IMG/VR virus record: IMGVR_UViG_3300035438_000341
Span: 32,047-96,046 of that record
Reading direction: 5' to 3' (one strand)
Origin: a virus
DNA: 64,000 nt
The notes under the pieces are model-generated. The model was not told the DNA's origin, searched no databases, and saw only the letters and a program-made list of their open reading frames with translations. The position numbers were made by a program, and so were the translations under genes. Of the stretch, positions 42,629 through 51,401 are shown piece by piece; positions within the stretch are counted from its first letter, which is position 1, and every line of letters starts with the position of its first letter.

Positions 42629-42888
42629 TAAAACTATTTAAATACATAGAACCATTATGGTTAGGAACCAACAGTAAGATATCTATAAGAAAGATCTTAT
42701 CGTTGGCTTTTTCTATTGATTTTGTAAGCAACATTTCTTTTGTTATACATAAATGGGAAATAGGAAAATCATATTCTGATGTAGCTATGTTACTAGGACT
42801 AGAAGCTGCTCTTATAGCTGCTCTCCTATCACTCACCACATATTCAACTATGGTGGCAAATAAAAACTCAAACACAGAAATAGACTAA
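42625..42888 (+). CDS. Putative holin
   Basis: 87 aa with two hydrophobic segments, directly upstream of the endolysin. Confidence 0.55.
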   Translation: MIKLFKYIEPLWLGTNSKISIRKILSLAFSIDFVSNISFVIHKWEIGKSYSDVAMLLGLEAALIAALLSLTTYSTMVANKNSNTEID

Positions 42889-43334
42889 TGGTAACAAGTG
42901 CACAAGCGTTAAAGAAATACGGAGACCCAACTAAAGAATCTGGTATGACATTATGGGATGTACCAAAAGAATTAGAAATTGGTGTACTCCCTAAGAGATT
43001 ATATTGTAACAAAGATATGATCCTGCCATTAACAAAAGCTTTTAAAAATCTCATATCTACAGGATGTGTTAAAGAATTAAAAACTTGGGATGGATGTTTC
43101 AATATAAGAAAGAAAAGAGGACTTGCATCAATGTCTTTACATTCTTGGGGTTGTGCTGTGGATTTAAACGCTTCAGATAATGTTCTTGGTAAATCTTATT
43201 CTGAGTTACTGAAGTTAGGAAAAAAACCTTTTTCTGAAGAATTTTTAAATTGTTTTAGACTAGCAGGGTTTGATGCTGGAGGAGATTGGACCACTCGTCC
43301 TGATAGAATGCACTTTCAATTAAAAAATATTTAA
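42888..43334 (+). CDS. Endolysin, peptidase M15 family
   Basis: Zn-binding motif SLHSWGCAVD (SxHxxGxAxD) and C-terminal D.MHFQ. Confidence 0.9.
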   Translation: MVTSAQALKKYGDPTKESGMTLWDVPKELEIGVLPKRLYCNKDMILPLTKAFKNLISTGCVKELKTWDGCFNIRKKRGLASMSLHSWGCAVDLNASDNVLGKSYSELLKLGKKPFSEEFLNCFRLAGFDAGGDWTTRPDRMHFQLKNI

Positions 43335-43921
43335 TGAAATCAGGAATTTATATAATAAAAAATACTATAAATAATAAGGTTTACATTGGGCAATCTAATA
43401 ACATTCAACTTAGATTAAATGCTCACAAAAGAATGCTTAGAAATAATATTCATGGTAATATAAAACTACAAAGATCTTATAACAAACAACCAGAAGGGTC
43501 TTTTAGTTTTGAAGTATTAGAATATTGTGAATGTGATTTTTTAAATTCTAAAGAAATTTACTACATTGCTGAACATGATTCAGTTTATAATGGATACAAT
43601 ATGGAATTTGGAGGAACTACAGCTAAAGTTATATCTCCTGAACTTAGACTTAAATTATCGCTTTCTCATCTTGGAAAACCAAGTCCTAAAAAAGGAATAA
43701 AAACTGGAAAACCTTCATGGAACTCTAATAAAAAAGGAGTACAGTGTAGTTCACGTAGAATAAAAGTAAAAGTTATAAATAAAGAAACTAAAGAAGTGAT
43801 TGGTATTTTTGAATCTAAACAAGCTTTTTGTGTTTTTATAAATTATAAGTCTAAAAACTTTAAGAAAATAAGTGATTCAGTGACACATTTAGGAAAATAT
43901 GAATTAATTAACATTATCTAA
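43334..43921 (+). CDS. GIY-YIG homing endonuclease
   Basis: SGIYIIKN..KVYIGQS..RLNAH; NUMOD3-like KLSLSHLGK. Confidence 0.9.
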   Translation: MKSGIYIIKNTINNKVYIGQSNNIQLRLNAHKRMLRNNIHGNIKLQRSYNKQPEGSFSFEVLEYCECDFLNSKEIYYIAEHDSVYNGYNMEFGGTTAKVISPELRLKLSLSHLGKPSPKKGIKTGKPSWNSNKKGVQCSSRRIKVKVINKETKEVIGIFESKQAFCVFINYKSKNFKKISDSVTHLGKYELINII

Positions 43922-44388
43922 TGAGAAGATGTGATGAGATATATGAAATAGTAACTGTTTACTATCCAACTAGCTGTTTAAATACAACTAAGTGTTCAAC
44001 AACTACATCTACATCAACAAGTACTTCCACTTCCACTAGTACTAGTACATCAACCTCTACATCTACATCTACAAGCACTACCAGTACATCAACTACAGCT
44101 ATACCAACCACTACTACCACCACTACAGTTCGAATGGTTTGGACTTATACTTTTCGATATATTACATGTGATACATGTGCTAATATAGGTGGTGGAGGAT
44201 TTGGTAATTCTCAAGAATTAATAGTTGGAAACTATTATACCACTCCAAGTGTACCTTATAAAATATTAATTCTTGGATTTGTGTCACTTAATCCTGGCAC
44301 TCCAGGAGAATATATTTTAACCTATAGTGGTGCAACTACTTGTCAAGGGATTAGTTGTCCTACTACAACAACAACAACTACAATATAA
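43921..44388 (+). CDS. Mucin-like Ser/Thr-rich, Cys-containing protein
   Basis: About 44-residue (ST)n/Tn tract and C-terminal CPTTTTTTI. Confidence 0.75.
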   Translation: MRRCDEIYEIVTVYYPTSCLNTTKCSTTTSTSTSTSTSTSTSTSTSTSTSTSTTSTSTTAIPTTTTTTTVRMVWTYTFRYITCDTCANIGGGGFGNSQELIVGNYYTTPSVPYKILILGFVSLNPGTPGEYILTYSGATTCQGISCPTTTTTTTI

Positions 44389-44389
44389 A

Positions 44390-44527
44390 ATGGCAAAACA
44401 AACCAACACAGTACAAAAAAGAGTGAAGATTAAAGTGAGTAGACCTGGTGTACATGCAAAGTCCCAAACGTCTAAACTTAAATCTAGTAAACTCTATAAG
44501 AAAAAAAATGTAGGACAAGGAAGATAA
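44390..44527 (+). CDS. Small basic protein (45 aa)
   Basis: ATG at 44390; MAKQ..RPGVHAK..GQGR; Lys-rich. Confidence 0.7.
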   Translation: MAKQTNTVQKRVKIKVSRPGVHAKSQTSKLKSSKLYKKKNVGQGR

Positions 44528-44614
44528 TCTTTTTGATTATTTTAATTCACTAGTAATCATGCATATTTGCATAAATTGTGATATTTTTGTAACTATAAAA
44601 TAAACCAACTACAT

Positions 44615-45631
44615 ATGAAAGATTTAAAATTCATCCAAGCATGTCCAAGTGATGTATATTACACATGGCAAGTTCATTTATGGCTTGAGAGCTTAAGGAA
44701 TATTGGACATAGCGATAAAGCTATATCTGTTATATTCACACCCAAGGGAAGAGAGAATAGAGACAAATGGAAACAGATAGAAACCCTCTATCCAGAATCA
44801 GAGTTTCATTATTACAATGATGAAGACAATTTAAATCAACTGTTAGGAATATATATTCCTGTACTAAGACCATATGTACTTTGGAAACATTTCAAAGCTA
44901 ATCCAGAACTAAGTGATAAAGCTATATTCTATTGTGACTCAGACATTCTCTTTACTAAAGATTTCAATGTAGATGAGTTTACACAAGATGATGTTAATTA
45001 CTTGTCAGACACAAACAGTTACATCAATGCTACATATTTTGATAGCAAAGAAAGAGATGTTCTTCCAGAGAAACTAGAAGAATACAAAACAAGAGACATT
45101 CTTGGAGAAATAGCTAGTGTCATTGGTATAGATAGAGAGACTTGTGAAGCTAACAACCTACACTCAGGAGGAGCACAATATCTATTAAAGAATGTAGATG
45201 GTGAGTTCTGGAGTAAGGTGATGAATGATTGCATTCTTATTAGAACCTATTTACAAACAGTGAATAGAGATTTCTTTAAAGATGAGAACACAGGATATCA
45301 ATCATGGTGTGCAGATATGTGGGCTGTTCTTTGGAACCTATGGTTTAGAGAACAAGAAACAAAGGTGATTCCTGAACTAGCTTTCACTTGGGCTACAGAT
45401 CCTATATCTAAACTAGACAGTCACACAATCTTTCATAATGCAGGAATAACAGGAACATCAATGAATGGATATCCTTGTTTCTACAAAGGAAAGTATCATC
45501 AAGGAACTGATCCTACAAAAGATCCTCACTTAGATGATGTATTAAACAATATAGAATCACAGAAGTATTGTACATGGTTCTATGCAAACGAACTCAACAA
45601 AATAAAACAGAAATATACACTTAATTATTAA
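44615..45631 (+). CDS. GT-A glycosyltransferase resembling protein O-glycosyltransferases (HPAT/SERGT-like)
   Basis: YYTWQ..L..S; YIP..RP; FYCDSDILF (DxD); GGAQY; WCADMWA. Confidence 0.65.
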   Translation: MKDLKFIQACPSDVYYTWQVHLWLESLRNIGHSDKAISVIFTPKGRENRDKWKQIETLYPESEFHYYNDEDNLNQLLGIYIPVLRPYVLWKHFKANPELSDKAIFYCDSDILFTKDFNVDEFTQDDVNYLSDTNSYINATYFDSKERDVLPEKLEEYKTRDILGEIASVIGIDRETCEANNLHSGGAQYLLKNVDGEFWSKVMNDCILIRTYLQTVNRDFFKDENTGYQSWCADMWAVLWNLWFREQETKVIPELAFTWATDPISKLDSHTIFHNAGITGTSMNGYPCFYKGKYHQGTDPTKDPHLDDVLNNIESQKYCTWFYANELNKIKQKYTLNY

Positions 45632-45648
45632 TAACAAAAACAATTATC

Positions 45649-45852
45649 ATGAGTAACAAGAGAGACCTTAAGGCCTATGTAAGATTCGATGGATCTGGCA
45701 GAATTGTAGCAGGAAGTTTAGTCCTAAGAAGAAGTAAGCCAAAGGTGGGCAAATGGCAAGAGATAACAGCATATGAGTGTTGTAATCCAACTACTAGTAC
45801 AACAACTACAGCAGCACCTACAACTACTACCACAACAACCCCTGCACCTTAA
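45649..45852 (+). CDS. Small protein with a C-terminal poly-Thr/Pro tail
   Basis: Ends CCNPTTSTTTTAAPTTTTTTTPAP. Confidence 0.75.
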   Translation: MSNKRDLKAYVRFDGSGRIVAGSLVLRRSKPKVGKWQEITAYECCNPTTSTTTTAAPTTTTTTTPAP

Positions 45853-45861
45853 TATTAAATT

Positions 45862-46278
45862 ATGGCTTTAAAATCATTATTCCCAGAAGATATGATTAGT
45901 AAAGGAACTGGTAGCGAGCTCTCATTAGAGAGCATTGCTGCTAAGCTTACTTACTTTCATGAGCAGCTACATTTGACTCATTGGCAAACAACTTCATACG
46001 CTGAACATCAAGCCACTGGAGCATTATATGATTATGTACATGATTTTAAAGATGGACTGATTGAAAAGATTATGGGATATACAGGTAAAAGACCTGGCCC
46101 ATATAAAATTGAACCTCTTATAAACTGTACATCTGCTCAATGCGTTTCAGATCTTTTATCTTTCGCATCAGCTTTAAAAATGTATGGTGAGAAGAATAGC
46201 TTCCATGATGTATGCAATCTTGCAGATGCTTTATCTGGAGAAGCAGCTAAGACAAAATTCTTATTAACACTGTCTTAG
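45862..46278 (+). CDS. Ferritin/Dps-like four-helix protein (DUF5856-like)
   Basis: HLTHWQT.SYAEH.A.G.LYD..D.L.E..MG motif. Confidence 0.75.
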   Translation: MALKSLFPEDMISKGTGSELSLESIAAKLTYFHEQLHLTHWQTTSYAEHQATGALYDYVHDFKDGLIEKIMGYTGKRPGPYKIEPLINCTSAQCVSDLLSFASALKMYGEKNSFHDVCNLADALSGEAAKTKFLLTLS

Positions 46279-46563
46279 ATGTTTGTAAACAAAAAACATT
46301 TTCCAAAACTGATGCAAGACAATGATGAAACATTTCTTGCACATTTGGAAGGTGTAATAAGCTCTGTTGATGAATTATGTAGTTTGGAGATAACAAAGCT
46401 CTCAGATAGCTTTAGATTCAGAATAGCAGCAAGTCTTCCTAAGTATAACAATATGCTTATAGAAGAAATATTAAAGTTTTGTAACATGTTCAACATAAGA
46501 GTTGACATGAGTAAATCAATTAAAACATCAAGTGTGATAACATTTGAAATAACACTAAACTAA
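46279..46563 (+). CDS. Hypothetical protein
   Basis: Tightly packed ORF within the operon. Confidence 0.65.
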   Translation: MFVNKKHFPKLMQDNDETFLAHLEGVISSVDELCSLEITKLSDSFRFRIAASLPKYNNMLIEEILKFCNMFNIRVDMSKSIKTSSVITFEITLN

Positions 46564-46564
46564 T

Positions 46565-47716
46565 ATGCCTACATTTATAAAAGCTGGATTTTGGGAACAA
46601 ACATGTAAGAATTGTAAAGGATACAATGGTTGGTTAAACCTTGATCAATTTACTGGTCAATCAGGTACCTCTGGAACTAGTGGATCTTCAGGTCCTCAAG
46701 GTGCTCAAGGAGTACAAGGAACACAAGGAATACAAGGGGTCTCTGGAACATCTGGTAGCTCTGGTGTTGCTGGTGATAGATATCAAACTACATCTACAAC
46801 AACTTTTGAATTAGGAGTGAGTACAACTCTTACTGTTGAACCAGGATTAGCTTATTCAACAGCACAAGATGTACTTATATCGTACAATCTTGCTAATCAC
46901 CAAGTGAGTCAGGTAGTAAGTTATGATCCTTTAACAGGTGTTTTAGTTATTGGACCTCCTACCACTGTAACTGGATCAGGTACATATAGTGTATGGACAA
47001 TTAATTTAGATGGTGCTGCTGGAGGAGATGGATCTTCTGGTACTTCAGGGATTAATGGTACATCAGGAACTACAGGAGCACAGGGTGTTCAAGGATTACA
47101 AGGTGTTGCTGGAAGTAACGGTACCAGTGGAACTACTGGAACTAGCGGAACATCTGGTACAAGTGGAACTAGTGGATCTTCAGGAATAAGTAATGCTACA
47201 GCATCTTATGGTTTATATGCTCAAACAGCTGATTCAACCCCTGTAACTAACACTGCTGTAGAAACAACAATAATAGGATCAGGAGTTGGTACATTAACTG
47301 TTCCTGCAAATGCATTTTCTATTGGAGATTCTTTTACATGTGCGTTAGATGGTATACTTTCTTGTACGAGTTCCTCTACAGTGCATATTAGAATAAAAAC
47401 AGGAGCTGGTGTACTTCTTGCAGATACTGGAATAATTGATTTAGCTGCAGCAACTAATAAAAATTGGATAATAAATTTATACTTTACAATTAGAACATTG
47501 GGAGCAACTACTGTTGCATCTGTTTCATCTGGAGGATTATTTTCTTATATTAGAAATGGAGGAACACAATTTGAAGGTTATAATTTAAATACAGTTAATA
47601 GCACTACATTTGATACTACTATAATTAATACATTAGAAATCACTGCACAATGGGATACAGCTATTATAGATAATTCAATAATAACAAGAAACTTTACATT
47701 AACTAAAGTATATTAA
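46565..47716 (+). CDS. Fibre/decoration protein with SGT and collagen-like GxQ repeats
   Basis: SGTSGT and QGAQGVQG tracts; GD.Y.TTS..W.INL.GAAGGDGSSG domain shared with the 30948 gene. Confidence 0.7.
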   Translation: MPTFIKAGFWEQTCKNCKGYNGWLNLDQFTGQSGTSGTSGSSGPQGAQGVQGTQGIQGVSGTSGSSGVAGDRYQTTSTTTFELGVSTTLTVEPGLAYSTAQDVLISYNLANHQVSQVVSYDPLTGVLVIGPPTTVTGSGTYSVWTINLDGAAGGDGSSGTSGINGTSGTTGAQGVQGLQGVAGSNGTSGTTGTSGTSGTSGTSGSSGISNATASYGLYAQTADSTPVTNTAVETTIIGSGVGTLTVPANAFSIGDSFTCALDGILSCTSSSTVHIRIKTGAGVLLADTGIIDLAAATNKNWIINLYFTIRTLGATTVASVSSGGLFSYIRNGGTQFEGYNLNTVNSTTFDTTIINTLEITAQWDTAIIDNSIITRNFTLTKVY

Positions 47717-47726
47717 AACTTGCAAG

Positions 47727-47755
47727 TGTAACAAATTCTTTCTACATTTGTTACA
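47727..47755 (+). promoter_or_regulatory. -7 promoter box (TACATTTG) embedded in a 10-bp inverted repeat
   Basis: TGTAACAAAT-N9-ATTTGTTACA upstream of ATG 47783. Confidence 0.65.
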
Positions 47756-47782
47756 ATTATAAACCAATTAAATATTTACATT

Positions 47783-48037
47783 ATGGCAGAGTATAATCCT
47801 AACGCTAGGTATACATGGACTCCTGAAGACACATTTCAATTATCAGGACAAGAATTTGGTCTAATCCTTAATATGGTTAGATCTTATTTAGCATCAGAAG
47901 ATGCAGCACGTTTTCAATTAATGAATCAAACTAACGAAGTTATTGAGAAAATCATGAAAGCTGGTGTTGAAGCTGATGTTATCAAAGAAGTTCCTGAGAC
48001 TCCTACAGAAGCCCTAGAAGCTGAAGTGATCCAGTAA
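47783..48037 (+). CDS. Hypothetical acidic protein
   Basis: ORF downstream of the promoter box. Confidence 0.7.
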   Translation: MAEYNPNARYTWTPEDTFQLSGQEFGLILNMVRSYLASEDAARFQLMNQTNEVIEKIMKAGVEADVIKEVPETPTEALEAEVIQ

Positions 48038-48096
48038 ATCACAACATACCTGTTGGGTGACGAATAACAGGTGTTCTCGAACAAAAGCACTTCTCT

Positions 48097-48300
48097 ATGA
48101 GAATATACGAACCAAAGAATAGAATAGATGTTATAACACCAAAGGGAGAGGGGGTAATATGGCTAGTGACTGATTATGGTCATGAGACAGATACCATCTA
48201 TACAATTATTATTAATACAACAGGTGAGATGTGGCAATACTCTCACAAAGATATAATCGTTAAACCCAATATAACATTTAAACGCTATGGCAACAATTAA
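48097..48300 (+). CDS. Hypothetical protein
   Basis: 67-aa ORF, V.TPKG.G..W...DYG motif. Confidence 0.65.
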   Translation: MRIYEPKNRIDVITPKGEGVIWLVTDYGHETDTIYTIIINTTGEMWQYSHKDIIVKPNITFKRYGNN

Positions 48301-48706
48301 AAAGGCACAGAATGGAGTAACTAAAGATAGTACAGATTACTTCAAAGGTAGATCAAAAGATATGGCTATAAAATCTCTTTATGCAGAAGCAAAAGGAGAT
48401 AAAAAACTATCTAATATCTATATGGATGCTGCAAGTAAATCTTCTTCAGATGCTTCTAGACAAGCTAATAAAGGAAAAAAAGGATATGATAAAAATGGTT
48501 ATCCTATCAAAATGAAAAATGGTGGAAGTCTATCTGGACTTAAAGCCTCCAACAAAAGAGTTGGTCCTGTAGATCCTAAAGGAGCATTCACAAAGGTACA
48601 AAAGAAAACATTAGCTGGTGCTAAAGGAAAAGCTTCTCTTACCAAAGACAAACAACTTGGTGCTACAAAAATGGCTAAGTGTGGAACTAAAATGTCTAAG
48701 AAATAA
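48287..48706 (+). CDS. Basic Lys-rich protein (putative internal virion protein)
   Basis: KKAQNG and MKNGG motifs. Confidence 0.7.
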   Translation: MATIKKAQNGVTKDSTDYFKGRSKDMAIKSLYAEAKGDKKLSNIYMDAASKSSSDASRQANKGKKGYDKNGYPIKMKNGGSLSGLKASNKRVGPVDPKGAFTKVQKKTLAGAKGKASLTKDKQLGATKMAKCGTKMSKK

Positions 48707-48864
48707 TGGCAACCGATAAAAAGTGGATGCAAAAAGCTGCAGCTTCTATTAAGAAGCGTGGCACTGCTGGTAAATGTACACCAATCACTAAACCTGGTTG
48801 TACTGGTAAGGCCAAAACTCTTGCTAAAACTTTCAAAAAAATTGCTAAAAAAAATAAGAAATAA
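48706..48864 (+). CDS. Small basic protein (52 aa)
   Basis: Not in the ORF track. TAATG-coupled on both sides; MATDKKWMQKA..LAKTFKKIAKKNKK. Confidence 0.75.
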   Translation: MATDKKWMQKAAASIKKRGTAGKCTPITKPGCTGKAKTLAKTFKKIAKKNKK

Positions 48865-49703
48865 TGGCAAAGATAACTAAAGTTCCTGATGGTCCTCTTG
48901 TTAAGAAGAAAGGTCCATTCAAAGGAAGCACATTAAAAGCTGGTGGTAAGATTAAGAAAGCTCAGACTGGAGAATTTCTTACAAAAGAAGATGGTAAATA
49001 CACTTCTACTAAAAAAGTAAAAACTAAAAATGGTCCTAGATATTATCAAGGAAAATCTCCTAATATGTCTTTTGCTAGAGAATTAGCTTTTGATAAAGCA
49101 CTTAAGATTAATGATTCTATTCCTAAAGCAAAACTTTCTGCAAGAGCATTAGAAGTGATGAACCAAAAGAATGGTGGTAAAATCAAAAAAGCAGCTAATG
49201 GTACTACCACTACACAAACTACTACACCACCTGCCAAAAAATCTTGGAATCAAATGTCTGTTGCAGAAAGAACATCAAAAAGAGATGAAGTAAAAGCAAA
49301 AGAAGGAAGAGAAGGATGGAGTAAGTATATGGATTCTACACTGACCGCAGACTTTAAAAAAGGAGCTGAAAGACGTGGATTAACTGTTGAACAATATGCT
49401 AAAAAAGTAAAAAACGATGATAAAGTAAAATTTTCAGAAGTTCCAGGAGGATGTGGTTTTGGGAAAGAAAGAACAGGCTGTGCTCGTTCAGAAGCTCAGC
49501 GGGAGAGATGGAATAAACAAGAAAGAAATAGAAAGAACGGAGGTCCTATTAAAAAAGCTAAATCTGGCGCAATGATTAAACGTGCTGATGGTTCTATGTC
49601 TAAACCTGGTCTTTGGGATAATATCAGAAAGAATAAAGGATCTGGTAAGAAACCTACAGCAGCTATGTTGAAACAAGAAAAGAAAATTAAAGCTAAGAAA
49701 TAA
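48864..49703 (+). CDS. Basic Lys-rich protein with repeated KxGG-KIKKAxxG modules
   Basis: Three copies of K.GG.IKKA..G; C-terminal GLWDNIR..K.PT. Confidence 0.7.
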   Translation: MAKITKVPDGPLVKKKGPFKGSTLKAGGKIKKAQTGEFLTKEDGKYTSTKKVKTKNGPRYYQGKSPNMSFARELAFDKALKINDSIPKAKLSARALEVMNQKNGGKIKKAANGTTTTQTTTPPAKKSWNQMSVAERTSKRDEVKAKEGREGWSKYMDSTLTADFKKGAERRGLTVEQYAKKVKNDDKVKFSEVPGGCGFGKERTGCARSEAQRERWNKQERNRKNGGPIKKAKSGAMIKRADGSMSKPGLWDNIRKNKGSGKKPTAAMLKQEKKIKAKK

Positions 49704-49972
49704 TGGCAACTGCAGCATGGACACGTAAAGAAGGAAAGAATCCTTCTGGCGGATTAAACAAGAAAGGTGTAGCTTCATATAGAGCTGCTAATCCTGGTAG
49801 TAAATTAAAAATGGCTGTTACTACTAAACCTTCTAAACTTAAACCTGGAAGTAAGTCTGCTAACAGGAGAAAATCATTTTGTGCTAGAATGGGTGGTGTA
49901 AAAGGACCTATGAAGAAACCAAGTGGTAAACCTACACGTAAAGCTCTTGCTTTAAAAAAATGGAACTGTTAA
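49703..49972 (+). CDS. Basic phage protein (DUF6321-like)
   Basis: GKNPSGGLN.KG..SY..NPGSKLK..RRKSFCARM..WNC. Confidence 0.65.
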   Translation: MATAAWTRKEGKNPSGGLNKKGVASYRAANPGSKLKMAVTTKPSKLKPGSKSANRRKSFCARMGGVKGPMKKPSGKPTRKALALKKWNC

Positions 49973-49993
49973 CAACTAAACAATAAATATATT

Positions 49994-50332
49994 ATGACAA
50001 CAATGAAAAAAGCACAGGGCGGTGCTAAAGCTACTAAAAAACCCAAAACTGCTTCTCAGAGAATTGGAGACTTGACATTAAGAGATGTTAAAAATTCTGC
50101 TGAAACAGCTCTTAATCTTTCTACTCTTGGTGGGTATGGAGCTATAAAAAAAGGGGTTAAAAAGTTAACTGGTATGAAATCTGGTGGAGCTGTTAAGAAA
50201 GCTAAATCTGGTGGTTCATTTCCTGATCTCAATAAAGATGGAAAGGTTACTAAAGCAGACATCCTTAAAGGACGTGGTGTTATAGCTAAATCAGGAGCTA
50301 AAATGAAGAAATGTAAAACTGGTTGCAAATAA
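49994..50332 (+). CDS. Basic protein with an EF-hand-like motif
   Basis: FPDLNKDGKVTKADIL; KSGG repeats. Confidence 0.65.
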   Translation: MTTMKKAQGGAKATKKPKTASQRIGDLTLRDVKNSAETALNLSTLGGYGAIKKGVKKLTGMKSGGAVKKAKSGGSFPDLNKDGKVTKADILKGRGVIAKSGAKMKKCKTGCK

Positions 50333-50493
50333 TGACTTCTGGTAAAGCAAAAAAATCAGGAGCACCAAGAATGGCTCCAAAGGTTGGAATTCCTAGAAAG
50401 GATAAACCTTTTTCAAAGACTAAGTCAATGGATGATAAAGCTATTAGAACTTCTCCGCAACAACCAATGAAGCAAAAAAGATTATCAAAATAA
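50332..50493 (+). CDS. Small basic protein (53 aa)
   Basis: Not in the ORF track. TAATG-coupled to the upstream gene and ends at the terminator. Confidence 0.6.
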   Translation: MTSGKAKKSGAPRMAPKVGIPRKDKPFSKTKSMDDKAIRTSPQQPMKQKRLSK

Positions 50494-50526
50494 AAAAAGC
50501 CCTTCTATTTCTAGAGGGGCTTCTTC
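50492..50526. terminator. Bidirectional terminator at the convergence of the two transcription blocks
   Basis: A7-GCCCTTCTA-TTTC-TAGAGGGGC-TTCTT. Confidence 0.8.
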
Positions 50527-50528
50527 AT

Positions 50529-51401
50529 TTAATAGAATAGATTCAAATAATCTTTACTATTTCCCCAATAAGGATCATGTTCTCTTACATCAGTAGTTGA
50601 ATATATACTGAAATGTGAGGTGAAATGTCCTCCATGGTTAACATGTACTGCAGAGTTTGCACATTCCCATTTTAATCTAGTTATCTTTGGGATCTGTGGC
50701 TCAATCAATCCACTGTTTGTAACTAATGCATTTGCTAATATAGATTCACAATGTGCAATTGCCTCATCAAACCTCATTGTCATTTGATGAAATGGCTCAT
50801 GCTTAATTGGAACTCCTTGCCAACCATCTCTATTCAATCCCATGTAATTCATATTTGTAATTACAGTGCCTGATGCTATATCAGGATAATCAAAATATCC
50901 TTCTGGATATAATACATCATGTTCCAAGAAAGAAACTGTCTCATATTGATTAAGTTCTCTTGCTATATACAACAGTTGCATTATTTGCAACAGTTGATTT
51001 AGATGAGATGTGGTTTTAGTCCATGCTATGTACTCAACAAAAGGATTCTCTGGCTCAATGTTCCACATACAGGTTAGTATGTCTGCTTTACCTTTGGCTG
51101 CTTTATTGATGCTGTTTAATGAAGCCCTGATAGCAGGGAATGTTTTTGGATTTGTGTTGTTTGAATAGAACACACCAAGTTTTCTATTTATTGAAGGAGG
51201 ATATACAAATAATCCACCTTCTTTAGTTGAATATTCTTTACCATCAATATTAACTACAAGAGTCTTTGCTGTACCTATACTAGGATCACCAATAATGTTA
51301 TTATCAGAACGCAAAATTAAAGAGCCATTTCTGACTCTTAATTTTACTATTTCTGTACAATCAACACCTCCATAAGATGCGCTACGAATATTCATTACCA
51401 C
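50529..51401 (-). CDS. Lectin-like N-terminal domain fused to a GT-A (GT2-like) glycosyltransferase domain
   Basis: IRSASYG..D.T..V..N..IGDP..G..K.L.V (SUEL/DUF3395-like), then FLEHDVLYP..YF and late H.NH. Confidence 0.6.
   Translation of the reverse strand: MVMNIRSASYGGVDCTEIVKLRVRNGSLILRSDNNIIGDPSIGTAKTLVVNIDGKEYSTKEGGLFVYPPSINRKLGVFYSNNTNPKTFPAIRASLNSINKAAKGKADILTCMWNIEPENPFVEYIAWTKTTSHLNQLLQIMQLLYIARELNQYETVSFLEHDVLYPEGYFDYPDIASGTVITNMNYMGLNRDGWQGVPIKHEPFHQMTMRFDEAIAHCESILANALVTNSGLIEPQIPKITRLKWECANSAVHVNHGGHFTSHFSIYSTTDVREHDPYWGNSKDYLNLFY

Noticed and set aside
48048-48072. Hairpin ACCTGTT/AACAGGT between two small genes
   Set aside because: Short stem with an 11-nt loop and no U-tract; not enough to call a terminator or ncRNA.
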